DNA of 64,000 nucleotides, from NCBI GenBank assembly GCA_034226945.1, contig CP120461.1, positions 310,001 to 374,000 on the forward strand. The letters run 5' to 3'. Positions 1 to 10,777 of the stretch are shown one piece after another; position 1 is the stretch's first letter, and each line of letters starts with the position of its first letter. The position numbers and the translations under genes were made by a program. The DNA is from Picochlorum sp. SENEW3 (lineage: Eukaryota). Under the pieces are notes generated by a model. It saw nothing but the letters and a program-made list of their open reading frames with translations. It was not told where the DNA came from and ran no database searches.

Positions 1-1
1 A

Positions 2-460
2 TACTATCAGGTATCCTGCCAGGGATTGGAGGAATACCTGCACCTCTCCTAGAATAAAGACAAGGTACAGCCCTACCAGGATTGGGAGCAGAAACGTGAG
101 CGAGAATGCAAATGGTAGATATCGAAGAAACCCAGAAGGGTACTTTTTCAACGACGTGCCGTCCATGCGTTGTTGAAACGCTCCCGGGTATCGTGGAGCC
201 TGTGGAGCATACACCTGCTCTCCATATGCCTTTGCAAGCTGAAGAAAGACAAAGCATGACAGCCCAAATCCCGCGTCAGCGATTAAAAACAGGGTACCAA
301 TGGGAATATTAATATTTCTTAGTAGTACTACAGTCTGGTTCTCCTTTCCGTACGTATCAGACAAGTGGGTGACACATGGGTACACTGCTGCAAATACTGC
401 AGTCGTATACCACAGACTCGCAATCACCCATCCATACTCATTATTTGCGATACTATTCAT
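2..460 (-). CDS. Hypothetical multi-pass membrane protein, N-terminal part (runs off the window start)
   Basis: Manual translation from ATG at 460: MNSIANNEYGWVIASLWYTTAVFAAVYPC...FLRYLPFAFSLTFLLPILVGLYLVFILGEVQVFLQSLAGYLIV. The frame is open for 153 codons to the edge and has several hydrophobic segments. It is missing from the ORF track because there is no stop in the window. Confidence 0.65.
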   Translation of the reverse strand, partial: MNSIANNEYGWVIASLWYTTAVFAAVYPCVTHLSDTYGKENQTVVLLRNINIPIGTLFLIADAGFGLSCFVFLQLAKAYGEQVYAPQAPRYPGAFQQRMDGTSLKKYPSGFLRYLPFAFSLTFLLPILVGLYLVFILGEVQVFLQSLAGYLIV

Positions 461-677
461 TTTATGTAATACTTTATCGACAGAGGTGTCATATGGCTTG
501 TATAGATTCGCCCATACTGATGGTAAAAAACCTCCTGTCGGTGGTGGCGTTGCTGACGTGGACATTCACTCTTCCACGTGGATGGGACAATATGTATGCG
601 TGCCCATCCCATCCGACACAAACATTTTTATTTTATACATTTCAATAACAACACTAATGGTATTTGTAACTGCGACA

Positions 678-1400
678 ATGAACAACGGATTGCTCCCATA
701 CTGGGGACTGTCGACTGTGTGCAGCAGTCTGGGTTTTCTCCAACCTGTGTACACGATATCGTATGGGTACGGATTATCCATGCTTGCGCAGTCTGCCTAT
801 AGATTTTGGAATAAGGACTCTATCGATACAATTGGAAAGATACATCTGGGGCTGGTTGGACTGTATGGGGTTCGAATGGTCTCCTTTTTATTGTGGAGGT
901 CTAGCTTGAAGAGTTACAAAGCATACCAGGAAAGGGATTCTACAAAAAAGAGGAGAGAGAAGATACACAAGACGTCACAGGTTGTAGGAATGGTGTTGGG
1001 GTGTTCAGCGCTCTATGTGGGTATGTTTGTGCCAGCATTCTTCAATTCTATGGAAAAGGATAGCATGATGTCAGGAGACATACCCAACGCAATGTCTATT
1101 GTGGGTCTGGGTGTGGCCACGATTGGCCTTGCATTAGAAGGTGGATATGATGTGATAAATCAGCTGGATTTTGAGAGGAATTTTGTCCAATCTCCATCCA
1201 CCCGGAGGCCATATAGGGTCAATTATAATTACATTGGTGAGGCCCTCTTCTGGATTGGAGGGTTCCTAGGAGCAACACGAACGTTCACAGGACCCTTGAA
1301 GTTCCTGGGAGCACTCCCAGCGGTAGCAGGAATAGCGGCTGGTATGTTTTCTGAGGGGGTAGGACGGTACAAGAGAAGACGGGCAAAGAAAGAACAATAA
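678..1400 (+). CDS. DUF1295 / steroid 5-alpha-reductase-like membrane protein
   Basis: Motifs SYGYGLS, YGVRMVSFLLWR and NYIGEALFWIG with multiple TM helices. Likely start is ATG 678; the upstream part of ORF 300..1400 overlaps the divergent minus-strand gene. Confidence 0.7.
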   Translation: MNNGLLPYWGLSTVCSSLGFLQPVYTISYGYGLSMLAQSAYRFWNKDSIDTIGKIHLGLVGLYGVRMVSFLLWRSSLKSYKAYQERDSTKKRREKIHKTSQVVGMVLGCSALYVGMFVPAFFNSMEKDSMMSGDIPNAMSIVGLGVATIGLALEGGYDVINQLDFERNFVQSPSTRRPYRVNYNYIGEALFWIGGFLGATRTFTGPLKFLGALPAVAGIAAGMFSEGVGRYKRRRAKKEQ

Positions 1401-1511
1401 CCCAATGAGAATTACAAATTCATTCATCCATCACGATGCATGTATACACAATATATATTTAGTATGTCGAACAGAAAAACATTCAAGAAAGGAAAAACAC
1501 AAAAAAGATGG

Positions 1512-2645
1512 TCATGGATTGGTGAATGACGCTGTCATGCTACCACCAGGACCGCGCCGTGCCACTCTCCCACTTCGTCCTATAGAGTTATTTTGCATTC
1601 CCTTTGTAATATAAGACATCCCGACTTCGTAGAGAATTGGGAGTACCGAAACAAAAATAATTCCAAGCACAACAAGAGAAAAGTTGCTCTGCACTGCAGG
1701 GATATTTCCAAACACATATCCAGCTCCAACACACAAGACAGTCCACAAGGCAGCCCCAAACACATTGTAAAAGGCAAATGTTTGATACGCCATGGATCCA
1801 ACACCGGCCACGAATGGAGCGAATGTCCTAACAATAGGAACAAATCGAGCCAGCACGATTGTTTTCCCTCCATATTTTTCGTAAAATGACTCTGTCTTTT
1901 TCACATATTCTGCCTTGACCAGCTTGGACTCCATCGCTCTCTTCCCCAAAAACTTTCCTATCGAGTAGTTCACGGCATCGCCGAGAGTCGCGGCTGTCAT
2001 ATACAGTGTCAACAAGACGGCAATATTCAGTTTACCGAGACCCGCCAAGGCGCCAGTGGCAAAGAGCAGAGAATCCCCTGGAAGCAATGGTGTCACAACA
2101 AGACCAGTCTCTGCAAACACAATGGCAAACAAAATCCCATACGTCAGCACGCCGAATCGGGAGACAATATCCCCGAGATGGACATCAAGATGAAGGACAA
2201 ACGATACAGCCTTCTTCACCATATGCACCATGGAACTCTCGCTTCCTTGTGCCACTGGCACGGCATCTGTTGATGCTGCCAAGGCCCCCTCTGGCATCAT
2301 CATCATCATTGTCACAGCAATAGCACACATCAGGCACGCCAATGTGGCACCAAACGAACGCCTTTTTGATATACTGTCTGCACTCTCAATCAAAGTCGCC
2401 CCTTCTACTGCTCCCGTGTGGGACAGAGAAGAAGAGCACACAGATGGAATAATAGTTGTGGATCTGCAAAGGGGATTGGTTCCAGATATCCGCCTTCTTG
2501 GCACAGAACCCACCTTACATATGCCATTTTGTTGAGAATTCATCACATCGTGGCCTTTAGACTTCATTCCAGAGCCTTTGGAGAAGAGAGAAACAACGCC
2601 ATTCGTGATGATCTTTTGACAAGGGCCGACAGAAATGATTCCCAT
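1512..2645 (-). CDS. DedA/VTT (SNARE-associated) family membrane protein with N-terminal transit-peptide-like extension
   Basis: FAETGLVVTPLLPGDSLLF and IVLARFVPIVRTFAPFVAG are DedA signature motifs. The N-terminal extension is S/R-rich. The start codon is uncertain. Confidence 0.9.
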   Translation of the reverse strand: MGIISVGPCQKIITNGVVSLFSKGSGMKSKGHDVMNSQQNGICKVGSVPRRRISGTNPLCRSTTIIPSVCSSSLSHTGAVEGATLIESADSISKRRSFGATLACLMCAIAVTMMMMMPEGALAASTDAVPVAQGSESSMVHMVKKAVSFVLHLDVHLGDIVSRFGVLTYGILFAIVFAETGLVVTPLLPGDSLLFATGALAGLGKLNIAVLLTLYMTAATLGDAVNYSIGKFLGKRAMESKLVKAEYVKKTESFYEKYGGKTIVLARFVPIVRTFAPFVAGVGSMAYQTFAFYNVFGAALWTVLCVGAGYVFGNIPAVQSNFSLVVLGIIFVSVLPILYEVGMSYITKGMQNNSIGRSGRVARRGPGGSMTASFTNP

Positions 2646-3117
2646 CGCGTCTTTCAATAGTCGAGCAGATTTATGATGAAAAATAATATTTGATACTGCA
2701 GTGTGCTTGGGAGGTACCTGTGCGGGCATGAATTCCCTCGAGCGAGTTTTGATCAGGTTGCCCAGAGGCCAAATCAACAAATATTCAAATATCTGGGTTT
2801 GAACTTGTGATTGATAGCAGGCGCTGGTTCATGTGAGACCAAAAGTCATTGGCGATCAAGAGCACGGAATAGTAGTATATACTGTACATCTTGAGAAGAA
2901 AAACATCATTCACCGAAAGACTACAGAAGTAAGAAAAATCAACTCAAATCGACTTGAGATCAACCTCAGTTGTTCTCTCCGCCTTGTACTCTGAAGAGAA
3001 GGAATTATGTGATCAAAGAACACTCAGGCGGGTACATACTGGCATTTCAAAAAACCTGTGGATTTTTGTTTGGAAGAATCTCCAAATTCAGAACCACACA
3101 TCTACGAGATGTATACA

Positions 3118-5881
3118 CTAGGATGACATGGATATACAGTCCAAGTGTCCATTAGGATGGCTCCATACTGGGTTTCTGATATCTGGAGCCAGGAAAATAT
3201 TGTTTCCGGAGAAATCAAACTGTCCATTATCCACTGTAAATATGATTTGATATCCAGATAAGCTTGCGCTTATGATGTCGCCTGAAAAGTCGGCATCCGT
3301 AGGCATTGGTGTCACAGTTACCCATGCGATGGATTGTGCTGTGACATCTTCTGTGTAGTACAGAGATGAACCTTTGGCCACGACAGCAGCATTGCCGCTG
3401 AGGCTGACCCAAGACACGGGATTTGTCACGCTGGCTGGAAGAGAAATGGTTCCATCAAAGGATGCTGTTGTGACATCTGACATGTATTGCACGCTCGATG
3501 TTCCTGCTCCAACTGCCCGTGTCCCGCTGAGCGACATCTGAAGACCAGATCCAGATCCACTTGTCGTCACCACATTTGCAGCCACAAGATCATTGGTGTA
3601 AAAGATATTCGAAGCTGTACCTTGGAATAATGCCTGTTTGTTGTCCCCAATACTGACACTGGTGCCCGTTTGATCTGTCGCAATCCAGCTTGATGATACC
3701 CCAGGATTGTCGCTTGAGTATATCTTGTTTGTTCCCACAAAAATAGCAGCACCGTTTGTGCCGCTTAAACTGCATGCATCTGTTCTATACTGAGTACCCA
3801 AGGCAACCCAGGAGGACCCTGCAGTTGGCGAATTTATGTCAGGGTTATAAAACAGTTTTCCTTGTTGGTTGACTCCAAGAATCTTGAAAGCAGGCGGTGT
3901 GCACCCAGTCATCACTGAAGATGCTGACGTTGCCACAGTAGAATTCCGATCAACAGATAAACTCTGGACGTCGCACACATAATTTGCCTGAGGGCTCAAT
4001 GGTGTGACGCGAGCCGAGTTTGTGCTGGACCCAATCGTCACGACTGTCGCTGCCAAGGGAGCTGTCGCCAACAACGCCCTCCTGGCCGCTGGTGCTGTAA
4101 TATATGGACCCTTGCAGGTCACTATATATCCCAAAATACCCGTTCGATCAACTGGTGGGGTGAATGATACATCCAGGCCACCGACTGGGCAGTCATCGTT
4201 GTAGGGTGTCATAGTGACTCCTGTTGGAGGATCTGGCACTCTGGGTGTTGGTGGCGCTGGATCGGATTCGGCAGCCAAGGTTTCGACATCTGTGACGCTG
4301 CCGAAAGTCCAAGGTCCTTGTTTGAGCGTGGAAGGTGGAGGTACTGTCGTGAGCTGCTGCACGAGACTAGAGGCTTCTTGGGCAGAGGGATATGTTACTG
4401 TGCCTGTGACCACCGCACTGCCTGGAAGCACAGATAGAATACTGCATTTGCCACCAGGCTGTACAATATTAATATTTGCACAGACTTGATCCGCATCGTC
4501 TTTTTGAAATGAATCGAAAGCGGGATCAATGTATTTGAGAGAAAAGAGTACCGATTCTGCAACCCTGGGAGCTGGGCCCCCAGAATAAAACACAGACAGC
4601 CCATTTGACCTCTCAGTCACGTCTCCATTGCTACATTTACCCACAGCATCAATAGAGTTATATCCAGCATATTTTAGGGGCACCAAGACACCTTCTGAGC
4701 TCAATCCTGCTCTGGAAGCAGACACTTCAACAGTCTCTGCAAGTGAACCAACACTGCTTGCCATTGCAGTGATCACAATAGATGAGACTGAGCAGCCAGC
4801 GTTACCACCGAGCGCGTTCACCACTACATTGACATATCCAGAAGAAGTTGAACTTGGTGCGGATATTGTAGGACCTGGAATAGACGTTGGTGACGTTTGA
4901 GGTGATGGTGGGGTAGGTGGGGAAACAGGAGGCGAAAGTGGAGTTGGTGCTGGAGTTGGTGCTGGAGGTGGTGGTGGTGAGACAATCGGTGCCAAATCAT
5001 AACGCCTCACCAATTTCCACGCTATATAGTCTGTGGATTCTTCGGCATCCTTTTGGACCAATTCTGCCTGCATGCTGCAATCCTTTACACCAAGGTACCG
5101 CAAACATACAGCAGGCTTGTTTGATGCAATCAATGCAAAGGTACCAACCGCATTGTCAATTGGGCGGACTGTCCACACCCGAGAGTCTATGTTATCTTTC
5201 TCTTGCGTATCATTCAAGAATAATCCATTTCCATATGGAGGAATCACGCATGTGCCCTTGTATTCGGGGTTGCCATAGAAACTGCTCATGAACCCAAGGC
5301 ACTTGGCTTTGGACGCAACATCTGGATGGATGAATGCCTGCACAGACACCTCGGCCTCTTCATCGGAGGAATCAGACACTCGGATCATCCATTCTCTCCA
5401 CATCATTGACTCGCTGGGTCCTCGCAGGACAGGCCCGGCTGTCAATTTGGATGACAAGGATGCTGAACATGTCCTGTTGTTGAACCCCAAAAACTCTGCA
5501 ACAACAATCAACGTGGCATTAATAGAACCCCTGCTGTTCACAGGCATTACACGAAACTAGTGGATGGCTAGAACAAATCAATATTCAAATCTCCGCGGGA
5601 GACTCGAAGCGGATATCTCAACGATCCGGCTGGTAGCATCGATGATATCACGACTCACCTCGAGAAGGAGATTCACATCCAGATCGGGCTGACGCCAGCT
5701 CGAAAGCATACACTCCGTCCTTCAAATCCGCAAGGGACGTAACGGTCTTGTTTTCCGCTGGAATCAGTTTCCAGTCATCTTTGTTCAGATAGCCATCACC
5801 CTCAATCCGTGCGGATGCACCAAGGCTCCCCCAAAGAAGCAGGGGGACCACGAGCGCGCACAAGTTTCGTGCCGTCACCAT
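3118..5881 (-). CDS. Secreted Pro-rich multidomain protein (signal peptide, SP/TP-rich linkers, fibronectin-III-like domain, C-terminal repeated beta-rich region); 2 exons
   Basis: Exon 1 (5881-5659) encodes a signal peptide, MVTARNLCALVVPLLLWGSLGASA. Intron 5496-5658 (GTGAGT...TGCAG, phase 1) joins it in frame to the 809-aa ORF. An FN3-like stretch runs PDPPTGV...LDVSFTPP...GYIVTC...LSPQANYVCDVQS. Confidence 0.75.
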
Positions 5882-6550
5882 ATTCTCTGCCTGTTTCGTT
5901 TCGCAAGAGACTTTCTCGATTGTAATTAGATTGAAAAGTAATTACCTTGTATGATACGAATTTGGATTTGCGAATCAAACACGATCACTGCCTCATCTCT
6001 AGCGACACCAAATTCAAATCTCCGCGGACGTCCGCGTCGACGCCGGCGCTGGCGGGAGTATTGAATGCTACTATTAACACTGGTGCTTGACGACGGTCAT
6101 CCAATACCAATTGCTGCCCCGAAGTCACCAAAATATGCTAGCAGCATTTAAAGGATTATGAAAATAGGCCATACACATCAGGTAACACTTCAAAGTAGAG
6201 TACCGTCGCTGTGTTAAGCTGGTATCTTGCCACCTTGGAAAAAACTTCAAATTTGGGCACAAGCACATCTCACTGGATCACAAGCCCCACCGTAGTGGTC
6301 TACACTGTCCGTGGGACTCCTTGGCATCGAGACACATCCTAGCGTTCCATTGCAGGTTGCCAATGCGGTCCGTGAGTTTCGCCAGGACTCGTAATACAGC
6401 CGTTCAGCCACCTGGCGTATATCGACAAATATGTATCGCCCAACCCCACACGCCTTTGACCGGACACGTCTTGCCCCAGACACGCATTTGTCTATTGGCC
6501 CATGATTCACCTCCATTCCACATACATGTGCCATTCTCAGATAAAAGACA

Positions 6551-7390
6551 ATGCAAGGAAGTGATGGGGATGTCATTGAAGAGGAATTGCAAGCACTGTA
6601 CGCGTGCTACCCAGACGTGCCGGTGACTGTTCAAAAATTGACGACGTATGGCGACGTTCATGTGATCAGAGTACCCATTTCTCCTCGATATGTTGATGAT
6701 CATGAATCATTTGTGAAAATGACTCTCGAGTTGAGGGTATTACCAGACTATCCAAGCGCAGCAGTGGAGGTGGTTGTTGGGGAGTTCAAGGGACTGGATG
6801 GGCGTGCTGAAAATGCGATAGAAACTAGAATGCGAGAAGAAGCAATTCATATGAAGGGTGAAATGGTTCTTGGACATCTCATAGAGACTGGATTTGACCT
6901 CATGGATGAATACAACAGACCACAAAGCACTTGTGTGTTTTGCTTGGAACCTGTGACATCAACCATAGATGTCGTCAAGTTACCTTGTTATCATTGTTTC
7001 CATCGCTCATGCTTTACTGCATGGTATGTGTGGAAACAAAAAGCAATTCGGAATCGTGTGGAGGAGTTGAAGCGAGAACATAATATGAACCAAAGCATGA
7101 TTGACAAGGCAATGGAGGATGAAGGCATTCATGCATCAGAGGCATTGCCTTCGGAATACATATTCCGATGCCCTTGTTGCCGAGTTCAGTGCAATCCTAC
7201 GAGTGTCTCAATGCACATGGATGATGCGAGCTACGATGATGGGCCGATAGCAGCGTCACCAAAAGACGGGTCTGTGTCAACGTTGCCCAAATCTGTGCGG
7301 GAGCTTGTATACAAGGAGCAGGCTCGTTTCTCCGAAATATTGCGCCTTCAAGAGAAGCATAATTGCCTCAACTCGTGTTCGAGATCATGA
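6551..7390 (+). CDS. RWD-domain RING-H2 E3 ubiquitin ligase (RNF25/AO7-like)
   Basis: RWD motifs EELQALYACY and LPDYPS, then RING ligands CVFC...PCYHCFH..CF...CPCCR. Confidence 0.85.
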   Translation: MQGSDGDVIEEELQALYACYPDVPVTVQKLTTYGDVHVIRVPISPRYVDDHESFVKMTLELRVLPDYPSAAVEVVVGEFKGLDGRAENAIETRMREEAIHMKGEMVLGHLIETGFDLMDEYNRPQSTCVFCLEPVTSTIDVVKLPCYHCFHRSCFTAWYVWKQKAIRNRVEELKREHNMNQSMIDKAMEDEGIHASEALPSEYIFRCPCCRVQCNPTSVSMHMDDASYDDGPIAASPKDGSVSTLPKSVRELVYKEQARFSEILRLQEKHNCLNSCSRS

Positions 7391-7425
7391 CAATGACGTA
7401 TATCACATGAAATATATCTTTATTC

Positions 7426-8356
7426 TTACAGGCCCCAATTCTCTGGATCTACAATAGCCACCGGATGCCTGCAATGCTTTGATACATACGCCGCTACACT
7501 ACCAACATTACCAACAAATCTATCCTTTTCCTGCGAATCTTTGTTATGCCGCGCAATCACAACCAACTCTGTCTGTATAGTATCTGCACACTTGAGAATA
7601 GTCTGACCAATCTTTTCAGCCTTTGCATCATGATTCTCAGCAAATAGATGAATTTCATAAGGAACAAACTTCTCTTCTAACACAGGAACAAACCGACGCT
7701 CAATTGCCTTCTTTGCTGCCAGAATTTTTGCTTCTTCGTGATGCTTCCCTGGCTGTGAAAACGAATACGCCGTTCCAGGTCCCGGGTGAAACACTTCCAT
7801 GGGAGGTTTCAGTGACTTGACGACATACATTAGATGAAATTTATCCCCATCTCTATATATCTCTCTGACAGCCCATCGACAGGCTGCTGCTGCTGCGTCA
7901 GTATCTTCGGCACAAATTCCAATCACACGAGCATGACCTGAAGATGCCATTGCTACTCTCTCTACTAATACAATACGTCAGATTGCTTCTACATAAGAAG
8001 GAAATGTACACTATGAGGTGGCTATGGAGCATAAACCCAATGCTATGCTCACGCATGGTTCCTTGGATGGATGTCCCAATCGACACGCCCGTCTTGTGGG
8101 GGAGAACAAGGGCATCTTGTGGGCACCAGATGCCCTCGAGTTTTTCGGGGGCGCCTTGTCCGGCCGACCGCATCGGCGTGGTCGGTGTTCCTGTAGATCG
8201 ACAGTAAGCGCCGGTGGAAGGCGTGTGTGGATGGGATTGGATGATTCTTGGACGGGCTGATGAACAACACGTTGCTGCTCGGTGGATGCGGCACTGTCCC
8301 AATCTTGGCTGCGCGATTGTTGCACATAGGTCGCCAAGACTGTAGCTTTTAGGCAT
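7426..8356 (-). CDS. Universal stress protein (USP domain), probably with an N-terminal transit-peptide exon
   Basis: USP core at 7426-7950 (WAVREIY..GD..HLMYV; GSVAAYVSKHCRHPVAIV). Putative exon 1 (8356-8053, MPKSYSLGDLC..., S/T/R-rich) splices in frame via intron 7962-8052 (GTGAGC...TAG). The 5' exon is less certain than the USP core. Confidence 0.8.
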
Positions 8357-8851
8357 TAAATTGTAAAAGTATTCGATAGTGTTCATCGCTTTGTTGTTGA
8401 TTGCGTTGTTGGTGACGTGCGTGGGCGAGTATGAGTCAGATCTTCCAACAGAATCACCGAGGTGCGTCGTGCGGGGTGAGTCTGTAAGGAAGTGGACGCC
8501 GTTATAGCGAATTAAGAGTGACACTTTTGCTTTTCGAATAGCAGATTGGACTCTTTACGGGCCAATCGTGTATAGATACCCAAAACCCCGGAGGGATTGC
8601 AGGTTCTGCGTAGCGTGAAATCCGCTGAATTGAAAGTGTTGTAGAGCATTAAATACGTATTTAAATACATAAGTAAAGGTATGTTGATGAAACCTGATGA
8701 GAATATGCGTGTCTGAGTTGGCGGGGAAGAAACTGTCCAGTAGCTGGAAGGTGGGGAGGAGGCGAGCCCCGTCAGCCCTCGGACGAGTCGCCAAGTGCAT
8801 CATTCTTTACAGCGAGTTGATCGATTTCTGTGTGGGATACAGGTGGTTAGA

Positions 8852-10690
8852 ATGAAAAATAAAAAGTGCCATGTGTTGAGCTGGCGAGGACTGGTCATTG
8901 TGCTGCTGGTGCTGCTTGGTTGTAGAGAGGCACAAGCCCAACTTCCGCCTGGCTGGGATACCCCGATTGGTGGTGCGGCTGCCGCTGATGCCCAGCCCAC
9001 AATACCCTTGGATGCAGGGGCCGCAGATACACAGCCAATTGGCGCTGGGATAACGACTCCAGCTGCTGAGGCTCAGCCCACAATACCATTGGATGCGGGG
9101 GCAGCTGATACGCAGCCCATTGGCGCTGGGATAACGACTCCAGCGGCTGAGAATACGCCACAACAAAATCCAGGAGTAGATGCGGGGGCAGCAAATACGC
9201 AGCCAATTGGAGTTGGAACAACGACTCCTGCGGCTGCTGGTCAGAATACGCCTCAACAAAATCCAGGAGTAGATGCTGGGGCAGCAAATACGCAGCCAAT
9301 TGGAGCTGGAACAACGACTCCTGCGGCTGCTGGTCAGAATACGCCTCAACAAAATCCAGGAGTAGATGCTGGGGCAGCAAATGCGCAGCCAATTGGAGCT
9401 GGAACAACGACTCCTGCGGCCGCTGATCAGAATAATCAGCCTGCTCAAGCTACACAACAGCCTGCACAACCTGCAGAGCAAAATCCAGTGTTGGATGCTG
9501 GAGCGGCACAAACACAGCCGATTGGAGCAGATGCAGATCCTCAAAATGTACCAGCTACTGATTCTACGATACCAGGAAGTCAGATCCCAACAGAGGTAGA
9601 GCCTGAAGAAGAAGAAGGTGCCGAACCAGTTGTTGAAGAGGCGCCCGCTCCCCCAAAGAACTGGGAATTTTTGCCTCAAGACAAGACAATGATCTTTGGT
9701 TTGGAGGTCACAGGTCCTTCTCTTGTGCCATGGACCAAGACAAAGTCGTGGAACTTTGTCCAAACTCTGCATGAATTTGTTCTTCCATCAACCCGAGTAA
9801 ATGATATTGAGGTTGGGGTTACGGATAGTTACAGAACGCAAGTAGAAAAAGAAACTCCTGGCTCAGAGAAGCAGTATGATATGGAGAGTGGTATTCAGAT
9901 GAGAGTCGCTGTAAATACAAATAGTATTCGAGTAGAAAGTGAAGTCAGATCACTGATCCAAGCAATTCAAAGCGGTGAACTAGCAGAAGATTTAAGCATT
10001 GCTCTAGGAACTGATATTGAGAATATAACGATGATAACAGACCCAGAGATTCTTCCGTACGATAGTGTTGCTGATCCGAATGAAAGTACAGGTGGAAGTC
10101 TCCCAGGCTGGATCATTGGAGCCATAGTTGGAGGTATAATAATTTTGATCCCAATACCAGCCTATTTGTTGTATAAGAGAAGTAAGAGGAAGCATATTGA
10201 GGCACTTGCAAAGCAGCAAGCAGAGGCTGCTGCAGCAAGGCAACGTATGCAGTCTAGAATTATCAAATCTACTGGTGGAAAGTCATTCTCATATCAAGAA
10301 GGCGATAATCTGAGTGGATTAGAGAATGGTCAGGAGATTTATCCAAGTAATTTACCTCCGCTCAATACACCTGGTAGTGTCACTGGTCGCCAGTATTCCA
10401 GCAACTGGCATTCTCGCTCAAACAGTGGTTTCTTAGAACCTCAGAGATCCAATAGTCAACTTGGAACTCCTGGATATGCAAGCAACTCGCCAACAAGGGC
10501 ATGGCAGCAGCAACAACAGAGAGCACTCTACCAGCAGAATTCGCTCGGTCCTGGAGGGATGCCTCCAGTCAACAGAGTTGCATCCTACACTAATGGCAGA
10601 CATGCCTCAGGTTCAGTGTATCCAGTGAGATATTCTGGTTCTGGGTCTCCATCCAGCTCGTCTGGAAATTTATCAGAGCCCAGAAGGTAG
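8852..10690 (+). CDS. Type I single-pass cell-surface protein with mucin-like tandem repeats, a small extracellular globular domain, one TM helix and a low-complexity cytoplasmic tail
   Basis: Signal peptide (...LVIVLLVLLGCREAQA), DAGAAxTQPIGAG repeats, and TM WIIGAIVGGIIILIPIPAYLLY followed by KRSKRK. Confidence 0.8.
   Translation: MKNKKCHVLSWRGLVIVLLVLLGCREAQAQLPPGWDTPIGGAAAADAQPTIPLDAGAADTQPIGAGITTPAAEAQPTIPLDAGAADTQPIGAGITTPAAENTPQQNPGVDAGAANTQPIGVGTTTPAAAGQNTPQQNPGVDAGAANTQPIGAGTTTPAAAGQNTPQQNPGVDAGAANAQPIGAGTTTPAAADQNNQPAQATQQPAQPAEQNPVLDAGAAQTQPIGADADPQNVPATDSTIPGSQIPTEVEPEEEEGAEPVVEEAPAPPKNWEFLPQDKTMIFGLEVTGPSLVPWTKTKSWNFVQTLHEFVLPSTRVNDIEVGVTDSYRTQVEKETPGSEKQYDMESGIQMRVAVNTNSIRVESEVRSLIQAIQSGELAEDLSIALGTDIENITMITDPEILPYDSVADPNESTGGSLPGWIIGAIVGGIIILIPIPAYLLYKRSKRKHIEALAKQQAEAAAARQRMQSRIIKSTGGKSFSYQEGDNLSGLENGQEIYPSNLPPLNTPGSVTGRQYSSNWHSRSNSGFLEPQRSNSQLGTPGYASNSPTRAWQQQQQRALYQQNSLGPGGMPPVNRVASYTNGRHASGSVYPVRYSGSGSPSSSSGNLSEPRR
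8990..9430 (+). repeat. Coding minisatellite: 2 x 81 bp followed by 3 x 93 bp units
   Basis: 81-bp units start at 8990 and 9071 (AQPTIPLDAGAADTQPIGAGITTPAAE). 93-bp units start at 9152, 9245 and 9338 (NTPQQNPGVDAGAANTQPIGAGTTTPAAAGQ). Confidence 0.95.
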
Positions 10691-10777
10691 TAAAATTTCC
10701 GAAAGTACTTGTGTCGTTCAAATTGTGAGTTTGTTTCAGTTTTTAAGCATCCGTCAGCATGTTACAATAAAACTGAA

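Noticed and set aside
6247..6703. Short minus-strand ORFs, including possible TGA readthrough
   Set aside because: No recognisable motif or CxxU context, and they overlap the RWD-RING gene start.
8990..9430. CRISPR-like array
   Set aside because: The units are contiguous in-frame coding repeats without unique spacers, in a eukaryotic context.
8807..9772. 321-aa and 170-aa minus-strand ORFs
   Set aside because: These are antisense shadows of the repeat-containing plus-strand gene.
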